DNA of 64,000 nt, taken from Chrysemys picta bellii (lineage: Eukaryota). Positions 25,021 through 38,030 of this stretch are shown here, one piece after another. The DNA lies in contig NC_088793.1 of the NCBI RefSeq assembly GCF_011386835.1, positions 14,322,001-14,386,000 of the forward strand, given 5' to 3'. Under the pieces are notes generated by a model. That model worked only from the letters and a program-made list of their open reading frames with translations, was not told the origin of the DNA and did no database searches. The position numbers and the translations under genes were made by a program. Every line of letters starts with the position of its first letter. The first letter of the stretch is position 1.

Positions 25021-25878
25021 TGTGACGTTCCCCTGGTGTTCTCCGGAACGGTGAGCTGCTAAGTCACTCCAATTCTTGACTGGAAGCCAGCCTTACCCTG
25101 CTCTGCTGTGAGAACCCCCGCTCCTGGGCTGTTCACGCACAGCCTCTGGCATGTAAGCTGCTCCCAGCTACCTGCAAGCGAATGACACTCGCCGATATCT
25201 CTGGTCCCAGACACAACCCTAGGAACCTCCGTCTTGCAGTGTCCAGTTATACCTGTTGGATGCCGCAAGCTTATATGAGTTTGTCAATTTAATAAAGAAA
25301 TTGATATGTACCAAATTTGTTATCTCAAGGAGAACCTCTGACACACTTCAAACCAAGCGCATTGCTTCAGGTAGAATAAACAAACAGATTTATTAACTAT
25401 GAAAGATAGATTTTAAGTGATTATAAGTCAAAGCATAACAAGTCATTTTGGGTCAGATTTACCCCTTCAGAGTCAGGTGAGCATTACCTCATGGCAGTCC
25501 CAAACTGACCAAAGGAAGGGGGGTGATTCCCTCGAGAGTCCAACAGATTCTTTTGTTGCTGTCTAGGCCAGTGTCATTTGTTCCTGTGAGGCTGAGCTGG
25601 GTTTCTCCCATACATGCCCTGATGAGGTGTGAACTGCCTCTCAGCTCTTGGACAGTTTTTACCTGGGCTTATTTTAAGCCCTGAGGATAAATTTTCTGCC
25701 TCACAACTACATACATGAAATTATAACCTATAACATTACTGTAACAACAAGTCCTCAGTGCATCATGAGCCTTCCGAAGACACCCGCCATGACAAACTTT
25801 GCATTGGATCCCACACAGTCATTTTACAAGGATGAACATGGGTGTGTAAGGTGTTCCCCCAAAGTACAGAGCGTCACA
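25021..25878 (-). mobile_element. Solo LTR (Gypsy/ERV-like)
   Basis: TGTGACG...CGTCACA termini; 5-bp TSD CTCCC/TTCCC; AATAAA on the minus strand at ~25390. Confidence 0.8.
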
Positions 25879-28526
25879 TTCCCCATTTGAATTTAGGGTA
25901 GCACCTAAGAGCCCCTGTCATGCAGCAGGACCCCATTATGCTCGGTGCTGTACCAACACAAAGCAAAAAAGACAGGCCCTATATCTTGAGCTGATGTCTG
26001 TTTAGTTCATTCTAAATGCCTAGTTTTGGCTGGAAGATTTCCCAGCTGCATATAACATACTTGGAGGAAGAGGGGGTTGGAATTATCAATTGGGCACAAA
26101 ATATTTTGCCTGTTCCTGGCATTCATTTTTGTGTCAGTTGAAACCTGTTAATCTGGAAGGGGTTATTTCTTTGGTACATGCAGCTAGAAATCGCAATGGG
26201 CACATGTTATAAACTGGACCAATAAATAAGCTCCCTGCTGATCATCTTCCTATTTTGTCTCAGCATTGATTTTCTCCCACTGGAAGTCTAAATGCAGCAT
26301 GCCTTCCAGCCTAACAAAGGGTACATTGGATCCCCAAATCACCAGGCCAGCCACTCTGACCCCTGTGTATTTAAAGGGACATTGTCACACTACAAATCAG
26401 GGGTCTGATTTTCATAGGTGGCCCTACCAACTTCAGCGGGGGTTGGAGGTGCTCATCACTTCTGAAATGGAGTTCAATAGTCTCCTAAATTCCTTTTTGC
26501 GATTGCTGCTGTTGGCTTTTATTATTCATAATAATGGCACTTGCCACCTCCTCGTTCATTTGCATCCAATTTTGTAAGGAAAAGGGAAGGGTGGGGAGTT
26601 CATAGTCAAGGCCAAAAGTTCTTTTACCCTGGTTCTGATCCACACAGAAACCTGGGCCACTGAGTGGTGGTGGGGCTGAGATTGGTCATGCTGATTTCTC
26701 TTTGGCCAGGAGAGGGAGCTGCCGTTCAAAGTCACAAAGCAGATCTGTTACAAACGGAGCATAGCTCGGGATACAGGAGGACGAGAGCTTGCAGCATTGC
26801 TTGCACTGGTATATGATACCACCCCGCTCCTGTGAACAGATGGGAGCCGAGGAAGATGGGCGGTAGCCAGTGTGTAACACGTATGCAGGATGATATGCCT
26901 ACCTAATACCTGCAGCCAGTGTGTGTTGTAACCTCACCTTTGGAACCCAGCACTGGTGTCATGGTTGTGATGAAGTTCTAGGTACGCATTGGATTCTAGT
27001 GTTAGGGTCCAACTCCTCCATGTGTGAATGTCCCCAGGTGCCCTTAAGGAAGTGGATGCCACCTTACTGCCCTTTATTATGGATTTTTTGCCCTTTTAAA
27101 AATCCTGGTGCTCCTACTGTTCGTAAATCCAAGTGCTAGACTCTTGCCTAGGGATGTCGCTGTTGATGTACAGCTGTTTAGACTTATCCAATCATTGAGC
27201 TTTCTGCAGGGGCTTCCAACAAGGAGTCAATACAGCGGAGTGCTCAGACCCAAAGCTTACACACTGGCAAACAGTGCCATATAAATGACAGATCCTCAGC
27301 TGGTGCCAACCAGCATCACCGCAGCTGGTCTGTTGTTTTTTAAAAAAACAACTTCACTATAAGCAGCGGGTTCCTAGAAACAGGATTTGCACAGTCCAGT
27401 TCAGTTAAACAATGCAGCACTTTCATTCTACACCAGTCTAACCAGTAAAGCAGGGGTGGATCTGGGCCCCTCACCCCAAAAGCAAGGGCCGGGAGTGAGA
27501 AGCTAGTTGATGTTTTTCTGTAGCTTTGCTGAAAAATGAATTTTTTTCGCAGAATTTTTTTTTTCTGGTTTGCAAGTGAATGTTTTTTCAGGTTTTGAAA
27601 AACAGGTTTCAAAAATCAGTGTGTATTACGGGTTTGATTTTTATCAACCCAAAAATGTTCAAAGGAATTTCAGTGAAAACAAAAAAGCTGCAATTTTTTC
27701 AGTATTTCCCCGGAAAAATAATTGGTGTTTTTCAGCTTGCTCTGTCGTTCCTGGGTTTCTGAACGCTCCCAAAGCCTGGGCAAGTTCAGAGCTTAGGCTT
27801 TGACTTGGGCCCACCTCTAGTTAGAACGGAGTGTCACCATGTCCATGTTCACTCTAAGCAGCTTCCACTCCACCTCCAGGAGGATACGTGTCCAAAGGAC
27901 AGGCCTGGATTGTCTTGCATTTCTGAATATCCCCGAGTCTATGATTCATGCTCATTTGCCTCCTCCTATACCTTCCCTGGCCCTGTAACAGAGCATAACT
28001 GAGCCCCCTGGTCTATCAGCGGTAGTTTCATTCCACTTTTTTTAAAAAAGGCCTAACGTTTTTGGCCGTTGGAAAGAAAACCAACTGGAACGGCTTTTCT
28101 TTTAAAAAGCAAACTCTGCCCAGCTCCATATAGGGTCTGGCTGACACGCCATAGCCCAGGAATGCTGACTCTAACACAGTGCAGCTGATTCGCCAGCTGA
28201 CTCCCCTGTGAGCTCTTTCCGCCCACTCCAGTTCCCAGCTGCAGACTGAAAGCAAAACAACGGCCCCTGAACATAGACCTGATCCTGTGAAACAAGCCCA
28301 AGTTGAGGCATCTCCGCTCCATTGAGGATCATGACCCTGGGTCTTGATCCTTCTCTCCCTTATTCCAACATAACTCCATGGATTTAGGTGGAGTCAATCT
28401 TGTTCTGCCCTGGTGTCAGTGATTAGAAAATCAGTTCCTCCATCTAGGTGCCTCTAGCTTCCCTGTGGATCCTCTTCCTGTGACACTAACGATTAAGTGA
28501 TCTGGTGGCTCAGATGGACGAGAGAA

Positions 28527-29160
28527 GAACATAAGCGCTGCATTACTGGGTTAGACTAATGGTCCATCTAGCCCAGTATCCTGTCACTGCCAGTGCTAGA
28601 TGCTTGAGGGGGAGTGTACCAAACAGAGTAATATTGGAAAGATCCACCCCCTGTCTTCCCCTTCTATCTTTTGGTAGTCAGAGGTTGAGGGTCACCCCAG
28701 GCATGGGGTTACATCCCTGATTATCTTGTCTCATAGCCATTGATGGACCTGTCCTCCATGAACTTATCTAGTTCTTTGAACGCCTTTATACTTTTGGCTA
28801 TCACAACATCCCATGGCTATGAGTTCCACAGGTTAATTGTGTGGTTGCATGAAAAGGTATTCCTCTTGTTTCCCCAGCTCCAGGTTTTGTACATGTTTTC
28901 CCGATACCCAGTCTATACGCCCCACTTTGTTAATTTCACCCCCCTTACGATCCCTAGGTACTGACCCAGCAGTTCCTCCCCACCCTTGGTGATGGCACTC
29001 TTCAGATTAGACTGTTCTCAAGCCCCTCCTTTAGCAGTCGCTTAGACAAGCTATTTTATCTTTTAATCTTTCCTCCTTCATTGGTCCCTCCAGCCCCCTC
29101 CTCATTTTTCTCGCTCTTTTCCAAGCAATGTTCAATTAGTTAATATCTTTTTGGCAAGAG
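28527..29160 (-). mobile_element. CR1 LINE 3' fragment
   Basis: AACATAAG...GGTCCATCTAGCCCAGTATCCTG reversed tail with CR1 3'UTR/ORF2-like sequence. Confidence 0.75.
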
Positions 29161-29836
29161 ACCTGCATCTCCTTAGGGGTTTGTACAGCACCAAGCACAG
29201 TGGGGACTGCAATCCTGAGCAGGGCTCCTGGGCACTAACACAGCACAGGCAATACTTAGTGACACAGAATAAAACACAGTGGCTCAGGTGTGGCCATGCC
29301 TGAGCTGATCAGGGAGGGACCATCATCTGCCGGCTCCAGGATGTGATGCTTGCGAGTACATAACCCCAAATCCAGGGATCTTTTACTGTATGGCATGTCT
29401 AATTCACTGCTATCTACCTACGGTACTTATGTGGCCCTCATTACAATAGTATCTGAGCACCTCACATGTAAAACACCTCTGGGAACTGCTATTTTCCCCA
29501 TTTAACAGATGGGGAACTGAGGCTCACAGAGGCTAAGTGACTTGCCCAGGGTCACACAGGAAATATGTGGCGGAGAAGAGACTTGACTACAGGTCTCCCA
29601 AGTCCTAGGCTAGTCTGGTCTCCCTCAACATCTGTGCTTCCCTAGTTTCTCCTTCCCACTGAGTCAAGGCTTATCAACCTTTTTCTCCTGTCTGACTAGT
29701 GTTCCCAGAGCTCAATCCTTTGTTACTAAGTTATATGTCAGGGGTTAGCCCTAGATCCATTGACTTCAATGGGCTTTAGATCCGACTCTTAGGATCAGGC
29801 TCCGAGCGTTGTTGTAGCTATGCCGCTGTAATGTAG

Positions 29837-29929
29837 AAAGAACAGCAGTACTTGTGGCACCTTAGAAACTAACACATTTATTTGAGCATAAGCTTTTGTG
29901 GGCTACAGCCCACTTCATCAGATGCATAG
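29837..29929 (-). mobile_element. Penelope-like pLTR fragment with hammerhead motif (29886-29925), inside a Harbinger-like MITE remnant
   Basis: Same family as 19530. The minus strand reads GCAU-CUGAUGA-A-GUGGGC-UGUA-GCCCAC-AAA-AGCU-U-AUGC. Confidence 0.7.
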
Positions 29930-30589
29930 AGTGACAGAAAGGGTTTTTCCATCACAATCCACCCTCTCGAGAGGCAATAGCTAAGCTGATAGAAGAATTC
30001 TTCCATCAACCTAGTTGAGTCTACAGTAGGGGCCAGGTCAACCTAACTACGTTGGGTAGGACACGAAATTTTTCACAGCCCTGAGCGTTGTAGCTAGATT
30101 GACCTACGTTTTAGGTGTAGACCAGGCCTTAGTGAAAGAACCTTTGAGTTTCTCTGTTGCTTATTCTAAGCAGCATCCTGTGCTCAGTCTAAACAACACT
30201 GTAGGGGTTTTATGGAGAGGAAAGCACAGTCAGTGGCACCAGTTCATCAGGACCTAATAGGGATGTCTGCTTCAGTAGAGCATAAGGCCAGGAATCTGTT
30301 CCCTGTGCTGTATGTGACTGGAGGGGGCACTCAATGCTCTAAGTGTCCGGTTTGAAACAGCGCAGCTCCTTCAAACCAGCTGGAGCAGTCAGTCCTTCAT
30401 CCTTCTTCTAACCCTCCCAGGACAGAATGGGCCAGATCCTTAGCTGGTGTCAATCAGCATTGTTCCACTGAAGCCAATGGCGCTCCGCTGACTTACACCA
30501 GCTGGGGAGCTGACCTAGTGGGTTTACTGTGTAGGTCTTTGTGATGACATCTTAAAAACAAAGTGTCTATTTCCAGTTTTTCTAAGCTA

Positions 30590-30890
30590 TTTGCGGTCAC
30601 CTCTGTCTTCGGTGGCCCCCTCCCATGCATGGCATGACCCCAAACTCATCTGCAAGACCCTACCTGGTCCACATTTAAGTCCCTCTTAACGACCCACTTT
30701 TGCCTCGCAGGCTACAGTGAACTGATTGACTTGTACGTCAATTGCCTATTGTTGATCCCGCTCCCCTTACCTTTGTCTGCTTGTCAGTCTGTCCTTAGAC
30801 TGTCAGCTCTTTAGACAGAGCCCACCCCTACTCCAGTGTTTGGAAAGCGCCTCGGACTTTGGGGTGCTGCCATCAATAAATAAGAATGGA
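30590..30890 (+). mobile_element. L2 LINE 3' end
   Basis: TTTAAGTCCCTCTTAA...TTAGACTGTCAGCTCTTT...AATAAATAA, resembling an L2 terminus. Confidence 0.6.
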
Positions 30891-31529
30891 TATTAATGAG
30901 TCCAGGACACTCTGCGAAGAGTTCTGCCCTGGACCCTTTGGCCAAATTATTCTTGTCCTCCAAATTATCCTCTTTCGGCCTGGCTACTGCTCTCTACCCC
31001 AGAAGCAGCTGCATTCCAGTGCTGCTCTGTGTGTGTAACTTGTGAAGCACCTTGAACACTGGCGTCTGAAAGGTGTTCAAAATGTGCTGCATTATCCTTC
31101 AATAGGTGTTCGTGTCCATGTTAAAAGGGGAGAAGCCTAGGGCAAGATAATAGGGATGTGAACAGGAAGTCGGTGGGACCTGTGTGGGTTTAATGCCTCT
31201 GAAAATAAAGTCAGAGGGGCCCAATCCTCACTAATAGGCTTAATCAGGCTGGTCACATGAATAATGCTCAGCGGGTAAAGGCGGTATGTTTCTAGGACCT
31301 CTGGAGGTGGAATAAAGTGGGCTTGGGAGGCAGCATCGCCTAGGCTGCAACTCTGGCGACCTTGCTTCTGTTCCCAGCTCTGCCCCTAGCCTGCTGGGCG
31401 ATCTTGGGTAAGTCAGTGTCCCGCTCCGTGCCTCAGTTTCCCCGTCTGACCAGCGGGGATCGTGATACTGACCTACTAGGTCGGTGAAGGGGGAGGCTGA
31501 ACAGTGGGAGGCAGGATTGAAGGCGGGGT

Positions 31530-31990
31530 GGGTTGAATGCCGGGGGACAGGGAGCCGGGGGAGTAGCTGAGGGACAGGGAGCCGTGTGGGGGGGCGGTAA
31601 GGAGCCGAGCCCGGCCGGCCGGCGGAGAGCCAGCCCCACGGGCAGGGACGGGTTAAGCGGGCGGGGGCGGTCGGCGCAGGCGCGGGCCCGGCGCTGCCGA
31701 AGTTGTCCGGGCTCCGGGCCGGGAGAAGTTTGCGGCGCTGGGCGGAGGCAGCGGCGGGCGGCCGGGCTGCTCGCTCCGCTCCGGCCATGGCCTTCCGCCG
31801 GCGGGCCAAGAGCTACCCCCTCTTCAGCCAGGAGTTCCTGATCCACAACCACGCGGACATCGGCTTCTGCCTGGTGCTCTGCGTGCTCATCGCGCTCATG
31901 TTCGAGGTGAGAGCGGGGGGCCCTACCCCCCCGGGGGCACCCCCTGCACCTCTCCCGGGGGCACCCCCTGCAGCTCTCCCGGGGGACCCC
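31530..31990 (+). promoter_or_regulatory. TRAM2: TRAM2 CpG-island promoter/5'UTR with GC boxes and NRF1-like site
   Basis: Very GC- and CpG-rich around the start codon; GGGGCGG at ~31664-31670; GCGCAGGCGC at 31674-31683. Confidence 0.85.
31787..31906 (+). CDS. TRAM2: TRAM2 exon 1 coding part
   Basis: Kozak gccATGG. Encodes MAFRRRAKSYPLFSQEFLIHNHADIGFCLVLCVLIALMFE, GTgag donor, 120 nt; near-identical to the TRAM2 N-terminus. Confidence 0.98.
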
Positions 31991-32400
31991 CCTGCACCCA
32001 CCTTGGGCGACTCCCTGGGACCCTTCCCCAGGACTTCGCCCTGTGCACCCTCGGGGTGCTGCCCTCACCACTCTGGGACCCTGCTGCACCCCGTCCTGCA
32101 GATGCACCCCGTCCTGCAGATACACCCCAGGCCCTCGCGGTATACTGCCTGCTGCACCCCACGGGACCCTGCTGCACCCCAAGGGACCCCACTTCACTCC
32201 TTCCTTGGAGGGGGACCCCTCTGCAGCCCCCTACCATGGGACACTGCACCCCTTCCTAGGGGTATTCTCTGTGCCTCTCCAAGGGACCCCAAGGCAGTCC
32301 CTCCAGCTAGGGTGTCCTCCCTGGGGACCCCAATGCACTGCACCCCCCTGGGGGGGTGGATCCCAATGTAATTCCTTCCCAGGGGAGCCTACTACCCCAC
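31920..32400 (+). repeat. C-rich degenerate tandem repeat (GCACCCC/CTGCACC units) at the start of TRAM2 intron 1
   Basis: Repeated GGGGCACCCCCTGCA and CTGCTGCACCCC units. Confidence 0.75.
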
Positions 32401-33549
32401 CCCTATTGGAGGGCTCCCTGAATAGAAGGGTCTCTAGCAGATCCTTTCCTTGTCAGTGGAAGCAAATTCCCACCTCCCATGGTGCTCCCCTGGAGAGTGC
32501 ACCTTTGCAATGCAGCCCTTCAATGTGTGGGGTAGAAGATGACCCCACCGCATCCTGCCAGGGGGGGGAGCCTCAGTGACTCTGCCTTTCGGCATTACCC
32601 CCATTGCGCCCATCATGGGGAGCGCCGTGCACTAAGCCCCCCAGACCCCACCATCCTCCTTTTCCCAGCCCCTTTGTGGGTTAGTTTCCCTCCCCTACAC
32701 TGCACTTCCTTCCCCCTTTCATTCGCCAGGGATCCTTCCCACTTTTCCTGTCCTCTCCCACCCCCATACACAGCCATCGTCACCCAGGTAACTTCATTTC
32801 CCCTCTTCCATACCCCCAGCTGCTTCTGCACTCTGTCCACACCCACAACTCGGACCCCTGCAACTTCCAGTCTCCTCAGTACATCCTTCCCCCTCCCCAG
32901 TGCCTCCTTCTCCCCCTCCAGTTTGCAATCTCCATTCCTCTTCCCCCCCCCCCCCCCAGCTCCTCTTAGACCTGAATCAGTGCCAACCAGGAACAAGATT
33001 CCCCCCTGGCCTCTAGCTGCTGCCCTCCCTGAGTCTGGTTGAGTGTAGGTGGGCATAGGGGGACACTGACTAGCTACTGCCAGGGGATGGCAGTGCTTGT
33101 GGGACCCCTGTCCATGGGGTGGGATAATGTCGTTGTGTCAAGAGACTGAATGATGCCACCCTGCCAGTCTCTGTGTTTGGGCATGGTGCAAGCAGCGTGA
33201 TGACCGCCTTGCACTCCTCCATTGGGGGGTGGAGGAAAAGAGGTGAGGTCTCCCTGAGCTCTAGCTCCAGGGGAGGGGGACAGCTGGCTCTGGCCAGCAT
33301 TTTCCCCAGGATTTGGGGATGAGTCGACAGATGGCGTTGGTTTGTGACCCAGAAGTTGGGGGAGCTGATGGGTGAGGGGAAGTTCTGCCCAAACTGCTCC
33401 GTTGGGTGTGGCTGGAGTTGAAGTGGAGCGGCTTTAAGGCAGGGGATGTGGGGGGACGTGTTGTGATGGGGTCACAACCTTTTGAGGTTTGGTGGGAAAC
33501 CCTGCAGTGTCCTGTCATGCTGTGGTTAGCAGGGGAGGGGGCAGTGAGT

Positions 33550-33750
33550 GCCCACAGCCAGGCCACCTGATGCTGTGATCCTGGCAGCTCTCGAGCTAAG
33601 CAGAGCAGGCTAGGTGAGGTCATTCCTTGGCTGGGAGACCTCTGAACAGCCGGTAGGTGCTGCTGGGAATGGTGATGGCAAGTCAAATGGAAGGCTAATG
33701 CTCAGTCTGATCCAACGCCCCTGTGCTGCTGGATTTCCCCATCTTTCAGG
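33550..33750 (+). mobile_element. 5S rRNA-derived SINE (AmnSINE1-like), ancient
   Basis: GAGCTAAGCAG...TTGGCTGGGAGACC...GGTGCTG aligns by eye with the 5S rRNA A/C boxes, followed by non-5S sequence. Confidence 0.65.
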
Positions 33751-34423
33751 TGCACTGTGGCCGTGAGATGCAATGTTGGATTTCAGGTGAGGCGCATAAC
33801 TGAGAGAGTGACTGCTCCTGGCCTTTTAAGACCTGTGGTGCTTCCTGCCAGGATTGGCTGTTGATCTTGGTGTCCTTCCTAAATTCTGGCTTGCGGTGTT
33901 ACATTTACCTAGATTCCCCCTCTGTGCAGTTCTTTGCCTCCTGTCCTCAGTATAGTGCGGATGGATTGCTGGGCTCTGTCAAAGAGGCACTATCAGATTT
34001 TAATTGTTTTTTTTTAATCCCTTATCTAGGTTACCGCTGATATCTTTGATTACCAAAATCAAAAGAAGTTTAAAAATCCAGCCCACTTTTCACCATTTGT
34101 GTAGCTTGCTCTGAGTTTCCCGCAGCTGTCGTTACTTCTGTGTTTGTTTATAACCCCTTTCTCGCTCTGGATTCTTGTGTGCCAGCACCTGGTTGCAATG
34201 TTTGGGGTGCAAACTCTGCAGGGGAATATGTAAATCCAGACCAAACGGAGGTTTTTTTTAAAGAAGTGGAAACATTTCTATAAATAGGGTTCATTTAAAG
34301 AAGAAAAATGGCTTTGCCTGCGGAGGGTGAGAGGCAGTGTTGGTGAAGGACGTCTGCCCCTTCCCTTTCCCTGGGAGGAGGAGTTAATGGTGGTGCAGCT
34401 GTCCCTTTCCTTTTCCCATAAGC

Positions 34424-34587
34424 TAGGATTGCCATCTCTGAGGTACAAAAAACGGGGACATTCGGGATGATCCTGAGCACGTTCCACACAACCAGCTGGC
34501 CAGTTTTTGAAGCACCCTGACCGACACCTAGGATAGTTATCTCAAACAGTGACAGTCCTGGGAGAATCTGGCCAGGTGGCAACCCTA
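34424..34587. mobile_element. hAT-type MITE (TAGGGTTGCCA TIR)
   Basis: TAGGATTGCCA / TGGCAACCCTA termini; TSD degraded. Confidence 0.65.
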
Positions 34588-35811
34588 CTATTGAGGTACT
34601 TGGGGTTAGGTATCAGTGGGGGCAACTGGCCTACCATTTTCCACCACCTCCTTTTGTTCCCGCCCTCCCCAGCGTTGCCCCTTTCCTGGAGGGAGTTGTG
34701 ATCCTGACCTTAGAGAAATGTCTTGATGGAGGAGAGCAGTGCCCCCTCCCAGGCCACACGGTCCCCAGTGCTCCTTTCCCCATGCTGGGGGCATCTTCCC
34801 CGCCAGCAACCCCTGAGCTCGCCAGGAGCCTCGTTCTTCCTCTTTCCAGAGACATCCCAGAAGCCTGAGGTGCTCTCCTGCCTCCCTCCAGCCAGCCCCC
34901 ACCTGAGGGAACCCCACGAAACCTTAGACACCAGTGTCCACTCCTCCTGTGGGAGGGGGAGTTATTTATCTGCCCCTCCCCAGTACATATGATAACAATG
35001 GAACCCCTGGTAGTGGGAGAGGAGCAGACGCTTCGCCTCTTCCAAGCCTGGCATCAGGGCTCTTCCTCCCTGTCCCTAGCAGGGAGAGCAGGCTCCTTGC
35101 AGCCCCAGTGCTTTGCATAGAAATGTCAGGAATGTGGAGCTTCCCCCCCCCAACCCCCCTTCCCAGCTTTCTCCTCTCTTTCCTCTCCTCTTTCAGGGGA
35201 GGAGACGGGATAGGGAGGGGGCTGAGGATTCTTGCCGAACAACTCAGCCCTTCAGGCTTGCTCCATACATGGAGTCTGGCCAGCCTGGCACCTCAGGGGC
35301 GGGCGTGCTTCTGCGGTCAGTCTGAACCATGTGTGTGTGATAGAACCGTGTCCCTCCCGGGCCCCCAGCCGAGTGCCACGTTTCAGGGCAAATGGGAGAC
35401 GAGATGGAAGGTGGTGGTGGGGCGGAGAACTCCTCGGAGAAGCGGGAAACCCGTTTCCTTAATTAAAAAAACAAAACAAAATTTAAAAAAAGACGGTTTC
35501 TCCCTCCCTTGCATTGCAATGCACTGAATGAACAAGTAGTTTTCAGTACATAGAAATCTTAATGTCTTTAAAGGAAACATCTAAATTAGAGCCAGAAAGG
35601 CCAGCTGGCTGGGGTATAAATTCCAAAACCACATGCAAATGCTGCAGAGTTGGACACACCGGCTGCAAGTTTCAGAGTTGTACTTTCAAAACAAAACAAA
35701 ACAAGCAGTGACTTTGAGCTGGAGGGGGTTTTGTCTCCCACTAACACAGCAGGCCGAGGGTTTGCCCTTTATTGTTGCTGGTGTTCACTTTACCGAACTT
35801 TCTTTCTCTAG

Positions 35812-36033
35812 GGCTCTGTCTACCCTGGCACTTTTGTCAGTATAACTTTGCCAGTGTGGACAGTGCTATGTCTTTGGGAGAGCGTCTCCCGACGACATTG
35901 CTACTGCTGCTTGTTGGAGGTGGTTTAATGATGTCCACGGGAGAACTCTCTCCCATCAGCATAGAGAGGCTACACAGGAGATCTTACAGCGGTACAGCTG
36001 TGCGGCTGTAAGCTGTCTAGTGTGGACATGGCC
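35812..36033. mobile_element. Harbinger-like MITE
   Basis: GGCTCTGTCTAC / GTGGACATGGCC termini with TAG/TTA flanks. Confidence 0.65.
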
Positions 36034-37819
36034 TTAGCCTCAGGGCTGCGTGTGGAATAAGCTCGTCTGGGCTCTCTTTAGAAAAAGCTGATGAATTTTT
36101 GCACAGTTGGACAATGTCAGCTTGACTGTCCTGGTGACGGGACTTGTCTGCGTTGGTATTTTCATTAATGTCCCACCGTTGAGGCTGCACTAGTCAGAAT
36201 CCTTGTGTAGACAGGGCATTGTTACCATCTAGACCTCAGAAGAAAATTGTTAGAAGAACCTAAATGATGCTTTTGAGAGAGCGGGTGGGTGAGGTAATAT
36301 CTGTTATTGGACCAGCTTCTGTTGGTGAGAGAGACACGCTTTTGAGCTACACACAGTTCTTCTTCAGGTCTGGAAAAGGTACTCTGAGCTTTTCAGCTAA
36401 ATACAAGATGGAAGAGATTGTTTAGCATCAGTGGTTAGCTCACATTCTAAGGAACTATTCAAGGTGAAGTAGCCCATTAATACATCTGCAGTCATAGGGA
36501 AAAAAAGCGGAGTTAGTGGGTTACAGATTGTTATTAGAAGCCCTAAATCCATGATTTTCAGTGTGTAGTGGAGTTATGCATTTAAGCTCCCAGGCTTGTC
36601 TTTGGAAAGTGTTGTGCAGGTTTCGTTCAAGGATGCGGACTGATGGGTCAGATGTAGAGCGATGGCTCTGTGAAAAGTGGTCACCCACAGCTGCTGGGGT
36701 GTTTGTCTTTTATCATTTTCCTGTGAGAGTTCATTCAACGTAGGTGCCTTGGATAATTTTACTCCCTCATCTAGACCTGCACTGAGACAACACAGTAATA
36801 AAAACACCCGTGTCCTCTCTACACTGGAGCTGCCACAACGGAGGAGAATCGAAGAAGAATGTTAGTGTAGGGACAGTCCAGGCAGAGTCCATATTAGCGT
36901 AAAGGAGACCTGTGACGGGACAAAAATGGTTTTATTCTTTTGTTCTTTTTTTCTTTTTGATATACAGAGAGAATTTGAAGTGTGTTTTGTGCTGGAAATG
37001 TTGGCCTTGTATCCCCTGCTTTCTCCCCAACCCTCTACAAGGGTCTATAGATGTCTGGAGAACTTGTAAGATTAGAACGTGTGACATACCATGCAAATGA
37101 AACCTGCTTAAATGGGAAGGGAAGAGAGGGTCGCAACACACCTACTCTCCACCTTCGCCTGTCCCAGTGACCTCACACCCTCCTGATCTCCTTTCACTTC
37201 TTCTCTTCAACTTCTCCCCTTTTACTGCTGCCTTTCATAGTACAAGTATGCTATGGTCCCCACACCCTTGAGCTGTGCCTGCACATACGGCAGCATGTAG
37301 AATACAGGCACTACTTGTGTTTCTGTGTCGCAATGAAAGGCTCCAGCCACAGGGAGCTGCTGGGGCCTTTTCCCACGGCAGGAAAAGGCTGTGGTAGTGG
37401 GGCAGTATCCTGAAAAATACTAGCGTAGAGGTGGGAGGCACTGCTTGGGCGTGCAGGTAGATACGCTGGAAGTTCAAACGTGTATGGCGTTCTGCTTGCT
37501 TAAGCCGTGTCTCACCTTCTAAACTGCTATTTAGAGCCCTTCTAGCTGGGAGTGGGGTGTCTGTATTTTACACACCTCTGTAAGTGTAGATGTACTTTTA
37601 GAAAGTCATTTGTTGGCCCCAACTGCCTCTTACTATCACATCATCGCCTTTGTACCCTTCACACCTGAACCCACAGCATGCACAGGCAGCACCTCCAGTT
37701 CCTGTCTTGCATCCTGGATCCCCTGGGTCTCTATGTCCCACTTCAACTGCTGTCACAGAGGTTTCTAATGGCCTCTTCCTGGCCAGGGGAGTCCTCAGAC
37801 TCTGGTCCAGCCCCCTAAA

Positions 37820-38030
37820 CTGCTGCTTTTGGCTGCGTCAGTCATACCCCCCCCCCCCCCTTGACGTCTTGTCCTCCCTTGGTTTTTGTTGTGGCTCTGT
37901 CCTTTCTTGGTTCTCCTCCGACCTCTCTGATTGGAGTCTCTTTTCATGGGTGCTTCTCCCCCTTCCCACTCTGGTGAGGTGCCTCAGGGCTCTGCCCTTG
38001 CCCCCCCCCCCTCGCTTTACAGCCTCTCCT
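37820..38030 (+). mobile_element. L2 LINE RT-region fragment
   Basis: CTCTGTCCTTTCTTGGTTCTCCTCCGACCTCTCTGAT...GTGCCTCAGGGCTCTG (decayed GVPQGS motif). Confidence 0.65.

Noticed and set aside
31433-32579. Long ORFs overlapping the TRAM2 promoter and intron 1
   Set aside because: Stop-poor CpG island and C-rich repeat. Only 31787-31906 matches TRAM2, and it ends at a canonical donor.
33550-33665. Possible 5S rRNA gene
   Set aside because: Too diverged, with indels, and continues into SINE-body sequence.
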